Below are positions 22,663-32,159 of a DNA stretch of 35,090 nucleotides, piece after piece; the stretch's first letter is position 1, and each line of letters opens with the position of its first letter. The position numbers were made by a program, and so were the translations under genes. The notes below the pieces were generated by a model that saw nothing but the letters and a program-made list of their open reading frames with translations, was not told the DNA's origin and ran no database searches. Source of the DNA: Chlorokybus atmophyticus (Eukaryota; Plantae; Mesostigma and Chlorokybus algae); contig RHPI01003009.1 in assembly GCA_009103225.1 (NCBI GenBank), forward strand, positions 1-35,090, given 5' to 3'.

Positions 22663-23489
22663 TAAATACAAGAATATAAAATCGTTCCGCCCTAGGAGTA
22701 TCTGGTGAAGAAAGTTTGCTCATTCCAACAATAGTTTGCAAAGGTATACAATTGTGACAGTGTTAGGAAAAGTAGAATGAAAAAGCGGTGGACAACTGGT
22801 TGTAGGTGGTTTGCACCCATCTGAACAGGATTGTCCCACGTTCAATCTCACATGCTAATACACTTTCATGGACACAGTGAATTTATAATCTGTCAACATA
22901 TATATCATCAACATACACCCGAAGCGAAAGTCGTTTTGTCAGTATCAGCACATGATCATATATTCAACAGCAGAAACAGATTTATTTGGAGACAATCAAT
23001 CTCTCGAACTTTATTAACAGAGTTTACTACAGCACTACCTATCTAGACCAAGGGGACTGTGTGGGTGACAGTCACTAAAATTAAGCATGTACAAAGTAAT
23101 TACAACCCAAACCTCCTGGCTAACCAGTTGTGTCAATGACCGCACGAAACCAGAGGTAGTGTGCTGCAAACTGCAGCAAGGAAGCCATATCTGCTGGGGG
23201 AGCTGCGAAGAAGCTTTTGGCACATATCTTCTGTCTTGTTGATAGCACTGAGCCGCATAATTGAGCCAAAGAATTGAGCGCCCTGGTATGGCAGTCACAT
23301 CAGATGCTGTGTTGCACAGACACTGAAGTTTGGCATGTGGATGGCAGAGGCATTGCCAATTACCTGCTGGGCAAAGGAGAAGCTCCAAGCCAGCAGACTT
23401 GATACAGCAGCAAGCTTGTTGGGTGGGTGGCAACCACTGGGCAGCTGCTTATGAATTGTGTTCAAGCTTTATGATCCTCTTACACCAGC

Positions 23490-24595
23490 TTAGAAGTCAG
23501 GTGCCCTGTGCGGCTCGGTCTTGCGTGCATGCTTGTCTGAGCGCCAACTCGACTTGCAGCAGTCACAAGGAGATAGAGGATCTGTCAAGTGCCCGTGCCC
23601 GTCGTGTCTTTGCCAGTTGGTGTAGTAGAAAGTGTTCTCTCGCATTGGTGAAGGAGGGCTACTTGAAGGCACAACAGCGTCTGCTTGATATGCAGCATGT
23701 GTATGACCGCGAGCAGCTACCTTCTTCAGCACTGGCACTACAGCTGGCCTGTAGTCAGGATCTGCTGGGAAATCCTCCTCATCATCATACTGTACATGCT
23801 TGCTGCCTGGCTTGACCAGCACTGACACCTTCTCCCCGCCAAGAATAAACGCCTCAGCGAGCTTGCAAGCAATGGAGCAGTAGCGGAAGTTGTCATGAAG
23901 GGACCGCTCACAGGTAACACAAGCGTTGAGAAAGCTCTTGGCTGAGCGAGGAGGATGCGGCCTTGCATTCAGGAAAACAATGCGCGCACTGTTGATAACA
24001 TACGTCTGAATCTGATTCAGGTCCAGCCCAACCCTTGCCGCCTCACCACATCTCACTGCGTCGTGGTACGAAGACTTGCGCACTTGCAGCAGTCTATGAG
24101 CCTGGCATAGCAAACAATACGTTACGACCCGAGTATGAACCTGAGTTACAAGGTGCTAGCGCAAGCTCAATAAGAAGCCTTGTCACTAGACAGTCCATTG
24201 ACGGCGCAATGCATGCAATCGCGACTTGGCAAAGGGGTGAACTACGTTGCCGTGAGGCAAGCAATGCTCACCTTGTGGTGATGTATGCAGATGGAGCACA
24301 GAGGCTCGGTCGCGCAGTCTATGCAGAAGAAGTTGCGCTCGTTGCGGGCCGCCGTCAGATGAAGAGGGCATTGGCCAAAGTACTCGTGAGCGACCAGCGC
24401 CTCAACCCAAGGAGCAGGATGCGCAGCTTGGACCTCGCCGTCTTTGGGCGGGTTCTCATGCTGGTAGCTCTTCCAGTTGGGCTTCGCAACCCTCCCCATC
24501 ATCGTTGCCTTCAACCTCCTCTTCAACGCCGCTTCAGACCCGGCCAATACCGAGCTTCCGCTTGGGGCGGACAAGCGCCCCTCTCTGTACACCAT
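23490..24595 (-). CDS. PLATZ: PLATZ zinc-binding transcription factor, about 311 aa; exons 24595-24272 and 24101-23490 (start uncertain)
   Basis: PWVEAL..YFGQCPLH..NERNFFCIDC..LCSICIHHHK|AHRLLQVRKSSYHDAVR..IQTYVINSARIVFLNARP..CVTCERSL..FRYCSIACKL, C-terminal RK.EPHRAP. Phase-0 GT-AG intron. Confidence 0.93.
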
Positions 24596-25181
24596 TCCCG
24601 AACCTGCCTCACTCTTCGCAGAGGTTTGCCTTGAATGCACTATTTCCGCAAGAGCTCTCACACCACAAACGATCACACCACAGACCAGGACACCAACACC
24701 GCCGCCTCTTGCACTAGCACCGCCGCTGCCGCAATTCAAGGCTGCTCACAAGCTCAGCAATACCAATGCTGCATTGTAAGCATACTTTATACCGCCGCCA
24801 CAGAAAGGGTCGCGCGTTGCGAGCGCCGAGCGCAATCTGCACCCGGGCATTGGTACCAAGCCGCGTCGGGTTGAGCTTAGGGCTTTTTCGCCACTGTTCG
24901 CCTACCGCCAATATTTGCGCCGTCCGATCCGGCAAATCTGGCCGATTGAAACCGTACGTGACCGGGGCTATAGGGTAGCTACAGGTGGGGTAGTCCGGCA
25001 AGTCGACCGGTTCGTGTAGGATTGTGTCCGATCGAGCGCTCTCGACCGGTATCGGTCTCGACCCGCCACATAAGCGCGAGCTTTGCCGAACGTTCGCGAT
25101 TCTGTTGATGTTCCTCTACTGTGCGCGCCTCTTTCTCACGTCAGCACAATGATCTCGGCACCCTTTTCCCCCTGCTGACCA

Positions 25182-25191
25182 GCCACGTGGC
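25182..25191. promoter_or_regulatory. Palindromic G-box GCCACGTGGC upstream of PLATZ (a second ABRE-like TGACGTGGC at 25585-25593)
   Basis: Motif read directly. Function is inferred. Confidence 0.35.
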
Positions 25192-26757
25192 CTGCTACTG
25201 TGCCGCCGGTGCTTGTGCCATTCCCACGCCCGTCCCGCGGCTCGGAACGTCAAGAACCTTCTACAGTACACTTGTCCTGGAGCAGGCGGTACTTGCAACG
25301 TGGCATCATCGTGCGTCTAGCGCTGCGATCCAACGGCGTGTACCCGGCACAACTGCTGGTTCCGTGTCATGTAAGCTGAGCGGTAGGACACGGTACTTGA
25401 CTCCCTAGTGGTGATCGGACGGTAGATGGCGGGAGATGTGTCGGGAATACAGGCGTGAGATCTGTTGTTGGCAGGCGAGGCGTGTGCTGCGGTGATTGGT
25501 GAAGCCACGCCATGATGCACTGCAACGGCGCGGTTACTTTTTGTCTGTTCTGAAATGATTGCGTAGTCAGTTGAGTGAGTACAATGACGTGGCGGGAAAA
25601 GGCGCGTGATGGTTATCATTATTGCGTTGCGGCTTGCTCAGATCAGTGGCAATGCGCTTTAATTGTGGCGGAGGTGATCGCGGCAAAAGCGCGTAAGGGC
25701 GTGTGGGCTGCCACCGTGGCGGCCCTGCAGATTCCCTTGCTTTGAATTGATGTTTGCACTGCGCAGTGCGCAATCGGGCTTGTGATTGACGGATTTTCTG
25801 GTTATAGGCCATAACCAGAGGAGATTGTCAAACGGTTTGACAATCTCCTCATCAATTGGTAACAAAGACACTCCATAGTGGGCCGTTGTTAATGTGTCTG
25901 CTCCAATTGTATTCAATGTGCTCTGTATCACTTGTGGTTCCAGCATTGCATACATTGAATGTATATGCAATACACTTGCCTTTAATACATATATAATATT
26001 AATATATCAGCGTACGAAAGCGTAATGTTTATTATTAGCTTGTATTGGTTCAACACTTATGTAACTATGTAATCAAGAGCTGTAGCTAAATTCGCATGCA
26101 TATCTTTGCAATGCATAATATACAACAGTTACCAACGCTTGTATAACCAACTTCGAACCTAATAAATTTATCATCGAAAGTCGTGTATGTATCAAACGTA
26201 TCACTTACATCAGAGCTGCGCGAAGCACGCTTAGAGAATGCATTGTGCTAGCATATACACAAAACAGGCAGCACAGCAAGCAAACAAGACTTTGGAATTA
26301 GAATGTAGGCGGGGGCCACGACAGAGCTGACAGCTTATACAACTATTTTAACAACCACAATAACCACACTAAACCCTCAGGCAGCAACAAGCAGGGGAAG
26401 TGGCAAGACGGCAGCAAGATTACCATGAGCAAAGCGCAGGGCAGGAGAGGAGAGGTTAGGCCGGGCTTGATCAGACTTCAATTGCATTTGTGAACGGACA
26501 GACGCCTAGACAGCTCGGCCCCCTGCGATTTACTCTGATGTCACCGATGATTATGCCGCCGCCAACCCGTTCGGTCTTATACCTGTCAGCGCTTAACACC
26601 CAAGTTAGGTTAGCACAAGTATTTTGTCTGCAATACTTTTTGTGAAATGGGCTGTACTAGATGCAAATAAGCATACCAGACCGCCAGCATACAAGCATGT
26701 GACTGTTTTTACGTACATGCGGGCACTTACACTGCTCCCCACACTCCCTTACCCTTG

Positions 26758-26977
26758 CACTCACCTGTACCTACGTGTTTGTTGATGCTGTGGATGCCTC
26801 CCACTTCTTGCACATCAGGTGATACAAGTACGTACTAGCAAGGGCGGGTGTATGATACTACGTATAGGTATACCACTCACCTGTACCTACCTGTTTGTTG
26901 ATGCTGTGGATGCCTCCCACTTCTTGCACATCAGGTGATACAAGTACGTACTAGCAAGGGCGGGTGTATGATACTAC
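26758..26977 (+). repeat. 104-bp direct duplication (26758-26861 and 26874-26977, one mismatch, period 116) abutting the transposon left end
   Basis: cactcacctgtacctac(g/c)tgtttg...gggtgtatgatactac occurs twice. Confidence 0.95.
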
Positions 26978-26996
26978 CACACGGATTGACGTTCAA

Positions 26997-27630
26997 GGAC
27001 CAGGTATGGTCCTTTCACGGACCCCCAGGACCATGCATGGTCCGTATCCCGCGGGCCAGGACTGCCTGGTCCGCGAGTGACAGACCGTTCCTGGTCCGTT
27101 CGGGGTCCCGAATCCTGGTGCGCAGTCACGCACCAGATGTGGTGCGTGGCTGGACCAGACATATTACCGGTCCTACTGGCCGCGAAAGACTGGACCATAT
27201 ACGGTCTGCAGCCGGACCAGGCATATTGCCGGTGCGACTGTCAATGGGTGTACGGACCATGCGTGGTCTGGACCACAACAATGCCGGTCTATATATGTTG
27301 CGGTGAATGAATTCGATGGGACTGGTCCGAACCACACTGATTGGGCGGACCGTTGCTGGTGCACGCTCAGCTTATCGGTCATTTTGGACAAGCAGCACGC
27401 ACCATACATGGTCTGCCGCCTTAACAAGCTCTTACTGGTTCAAAATCTAGTAAGTTGTGGACCATTCATGGTCCTTCAGCTAACCAGGCAGCTATTGGTC
27501 CAAATTGTCGTATACTTGCGGACCGTATATGGTCCTTAACTTAACGAAGCTCTTCCTGGTCCGAAGGTCTGGGAGAGTACGGACCATGCGTGGTTCTAGG
27601 TTGGTCCGCAGAACAGTGATTGGGACCATC
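26997..27630. repeat. Subterminal array of GGACCA-N4-TGGTCC palindromes
   Basis: 26997-27012, 27028-27043 (perfect), 27459-27474, 27520-27535, 27581-27596 and several degenerate copies; three ~60-bp units at 27421-27600. Confidence 0.9.
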
Positions 27631-27947
27631 GCTGATGCACGCTCAGCTCCTTGACAGTCGCACCATGTATGATGCGACTGTCAAGGGTAAGTCTTCATGG
27701 CAGCCTCTAGTAACCGTCGATCCAAGCTTATCGAACGGCGTGCAGTTACTCCATAGAGTCAAGCACCTTGCATGGTGCGACTGTCAACTCACGTGCATGG
27801 GCTCAGAGTACCGTGGTCTGTGCAATAGGGTTTTACCGCTCAGTGAGGTGGCGCCGACGGAGGGAGCAGGCGGCGGCGCTCTTGTTGGTGGCGGCGGCGG
27901 CGGCCTCTTGGCGGTGTACTTGGTGGACGAATGCTGGCGCAATATCA

Positions 27948-30900
27948 ATGGCAAGCAAAAAAGCTGTCAAGTTTGCCAGGGACATTAGTACCAAGCTGGG
28001 AATCAACTTGCAACCAGCCGATAAGAGGAACACCAGTCGTAGGCACCGCCGTCGCAGCCAACAGAGTTCCCTACCCATGCCGGAGCAGGCGGCTGATGTG
28101 CAGCACGATGTTGACAACCCACAGCCTGCCCATGAAGTTGAGGCCACGCACGACCAGCTGGATGGTGAGATCAGCCAGCAGCATGAGCGGTAAGTTAACT
28201 TGCTGACCTTACTTGCTTCTCTGCAATGGTCATGCGGTCTTCTGTGCATGCCACCAGCTATCGTTGCTGTGACAGCCTTCACCAGTAATATGTCCTTCAC
28301 ATGCTAGGAGACTGTCAACAAACTGCACGCGCACTAGCTGCCTTGCTGTGTATTGCTGTCAGTTGATGGTGCCAGCGCATATGGTCTAACTGCTGGATTT
28401 CTGTAGGCCTCCCGCAAATCAACAGCCGACTGTCCATGTGGCCGGCATCACTACCAATGGAGTGGCAGCCACACTTCACCCAAGGCAACAGCCGACTGTC
28501 AATGTTGCCAGCACCAGCAGTGCCGCAACAGCTCCACTGCAATTCAATCAGTCTGATCAACAGCCGACTGTCAACATGGCTGGCACCAGCAGTGCTGCCC
28601 CCTCTCAGCAACCATGGCAACAATCAGACCTGCAAGAGACTGTTGACATGCCAACTGACAACTTGCATGCGCTGACTAGTGACGAAGAGGCTGTTGAAGA
28701 ACCCGAGCAGCAAGAAGTCTCCCAGAGGATTTGCTCTTGCCTGAGGTGCCATGGCAAGGTGAGCACTAATCATGTTGCTCATGCTCACTCATGGCGCGCA
28801 CGGTTGTTGGACATGCACTGAGGCTGTCCATGCGACTGTCATGTTCGCCCACTGCTATGCGCACAACGTTGTGAACCATACTTTAGTTGTTGACGGCCCG
28901 TTTCTTTTGGCAGTTGATTGACTTGGAGACTGCCATGGCCCATATACGACTGGACACGGCGGCGCAAGAAAGTATGCACCCACCGCCAATGCCTTCAGCA
29001 CAATGCGATACCCCTCAACCAGGCATTTCTTGCCAACAACAAACCTCAGAGACACCTACGCAAAAGATGCTGGATAAGTTCATGTCACTGCTGACAGACT
29101 TGGAGGACTCTCATGCCTAGCAATCATTGATCAATAAGGTGCTGAAGATTGTTTTCGGCGCTGAGGATTCAATCGTTCAGCTTGCCAAGGATCCTACTTA
29201 TGACCACAGTCAGCTGCGAAATGACCTCCACGCCTTGCTCGGCCAGCGCAACCCCTCCCAGCCGGCTGACATCACGGCTGTCGATGCATTGCTGACTTCC
29301 ATCGGAATGCCAGAGTCGCAGAGATATACAGCATGCACGAGATGCAGTTATCTCTTTCCAGATGCTTACCCATCCGGGTTCGATGACAGCGAGGACAGCT
29401 ACGAGGCAGATGACAGTCGCCACAAGCTTGTGAAGCGCTTGTGGAAACAGCCGTGCGGAGGCCAATGCGGGCGCACGCGCAAGGAGTGCATTGACTTTCT
29501 GTACACACCCATTGGTCCAAGGCTCGGTCCGTGGCTGCAAGTACCTTCTATTGCATATGACAACCTTGCTGCTTGGCATGCCAATCTTGGCAGCAAGTGG
29601 AGAGAGCTGTCTTTTTTTGGGGACTGCACGAAGACCATTCCTCTGCCAAACAAATGCGATTGTGGACGCTACAATGATGACATTGACATGTCCCAGCACA
29701 GGGATGGATATCAGAAATGGCATTGCGAATGCTCCTATGACAATGAAGAGGCTGCGCAGCAGTGTACTGGAGACCCGCGCAACATTGCGCTCATGCTGCA
29801 CAGTGATGGTTTCAGCTGCGCATCAACTACAAAGCGGAGCAGCCTTGTCATCAACGTTGTTGTACTCAACGGAGGCAAGCGCGTCAGCTCACAGGCGTCT
29901 TCCATCATGCCCGTGGTATTTGTCCCAGTTTACGAACCACTCGACGCTGACAAGGACTGTCTGAACCCGTTTAGTAAACCCTTGCTGGCTGAGTTGGAGG
30001 ATTTGTACGCCATGGGCTTCCCTACGTACTACGGTTTGGACTCCAGCCAGGTGAACATCAAGCTCCCTCATCGATCGGCCGGTACGCTTGATACATCTGT
30101 TCACAAGACCTCGTGCGCAATGCTGTGTCATGAATGTGACTGTCGACATCGCCTGTCAACTTAATACCCATTGTAATGAATCGAGCAGAGTAAGCACAGT
30201 CCATTGAGGCTGTGCAAAAACGACTGTCACAATTATGCAATGCATTGGTTGCCACCTTTTACGAGTCCATCCCGCGTTGAGAAGACTGTCATCAGCGACT
30301 GTCACCAGCGACTGTGTTTGCAGTGCAGCTGTCTAATGTACGGGACAGTCCATGTTGACAGTCGCGGTTGTGTCCTGCGCATAGCTTCACACGCGCTGCC
30401 CACAAAGCAGTGCGTCCTGATGCAACGGGTTTTGCAGGTGAGAAGATTTTCCTCAGAGCCATTGTCATGAACATAGCCGGTGACAATCCCGCTCAAAGCG
30501 AGATGGGGCAATTCAAGAATGGCGGCTTATGCGGTTGCAGGGCTTGTTGCCTGCTGGCAACTCATATCCGGTACTCGATTGTTACCAAAAAGGTTACTCA
30601 AGATCCCAGCACTGGCAACGATGTTGTTGAAGAAACTCGAAGCAACAGGACCGATTTCCACTACGCTAGCAGCCGCTACCACAGTCGCCATCCATTTGCC
30701 AAAAGAACTGCAGAGGCCACATACCTGCTGTGTGATGAAGTTGAAAGCACAGAAGATCCCAATCGCAAGAAAGAAAAAGCCAAGAAGTATGGCGTCAACG
30801 GGCTGTCGCCTTTGTGGAGGCTTTGGCGGATGTACAAGTTTGACCCATGCCAGGACATGGTCTTTGATACCATGCACACGCTAGCCGAAGGACTGGCCAA

Positions 30901-32125
30901 GAGCTTGACAGCCTGCACTCTGATGGATGGTGGCGACGAGCAGGTCAGCAAGGCTGAGATTGACAGTCGGCTAACTGTGATGAGAAACGCACGGCCCAGG
31001 GAGTTGAGGCATGGTAACCGCTGGCCACATGGCCTCAGCAGTCGCCTTGGATGGTGGAAGGCGCAGGAGCACCAGCTCTTTGTGCAATTTGCTGTGCCTT
31101 ATGTTTTTCACAAGCTGCTAAGCGAAGAAAGGAGAGACCTCGTCATGTGCCTCCACATGATATTTCGCTTGTTCTTTGACATCTCGCGCCGCTTGGGTTG
31201 GGATTCCGGCCGTCTGGGCTCGGGGGAACGGGCTCACGGCCTTGGAGGAACCCTACATTCTTATTCGAGGGCAGCAGCTGCTGCGCAAAGTGTGGATGCT
31301 GACGGAGAGACCAAGGCTGCTCCCCTACATGCTGGCTTACGACTTCAGCAACCCAGAGCTGCGATTGCTAGCAGCTGATATACCTCTCCCCGTATGGCCT
31401 AAAACCGGGGATGTGCTGCTTGTAAGACATGAGGATGAGAAGAAGTCGGTCTTTGACTTTCACGTGCCCACTGACCCACCAGTACCTGGATCTGATGATC
31501 CTCCGCCATGGATCGTCGTTGTTCGACAGCCCCAAGTTGACGATGAAGGCAACATGTTGGTTGACTACCTGAAGCCTGCTCCTAGACCAGCGAGTGCCCG
31601 CCAAGGCCTGGCGCGGTGGGTGGTCAATAAAGACTGTCGCAACCAGAAGGTGTCACCCATTGCGGTCAAGAGGAAGCTGAACTGGCAGCAAGTTGATCAA
31701 GGCAGATGGCAAGAGCAGCCAACAACTGAGGTGGTGCGCATGTTCTATGACAGACATGTCATGTACTACAAGGCAGGAGAGCCCGAGGCAGGTATGCATA
31801 ACGATTTTTGGCAACAGTCCATGCGGCTGTCAAGGTGACTGTCGTTGCGGCTGTCAATTGTGCTCATGTGTGGTTTCATGTTGTGAGTGGTTGACAGCCT
31901 GCAACAAGGCAATACGTGTCACTTACAGTCCATGCGGCTGTCAATTGTGCTCATGTGCTCATTTGTGCTTGTTGTGAGTGGTCATTACTGAAAGAAGGCA
32001 TAAAAACACTGATGTTCATCTTAGGCATTAACACGCTTGTACTATACACAGATTATGTACACCAAGAAGGTTCAGATGTACCCCAGGATCCGCTGGTAGT
32101 ACGCAAAGGCAATCGTTCTATGTAA
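27948..32125 (+). pseudogene. CMC/EnSpm-type transposase, defective; predicted exons 27948-28189, 28407-28758, 28914-30081, 30438-31791 (frameshift near 31210), 32052-32125
   Basis: ICSCLRC..HI (transposase-associated Zn motif), LMLHSDGF, NPFSKPLLAELEDLY..GF, FLRAIVMNIAGDNPAQ..GGLCGCRAC, DMVFDTMH, WKAQEHQLF..P. Four in-phase GT-AG introns. In-frame TAG at 29118-29120. Confidence 0.85.
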
Positions 32126-32159
32126 CTGCCTAGCGCGGGCTAAGGTATACCTGGTGGGT

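Noticed and set aside
23330-24634. Plus-strand ORFs 23330..23815 and 24035..24634
   Set aside because: They are antisense shadows of the PLATZ exons with no motifs.
25659-25970. 103-aa minus-strand ORF in AT-rich DNA
   Set aside because: No recognisable motif, splice partner or repeat support; it cannot be distinguished from chance.
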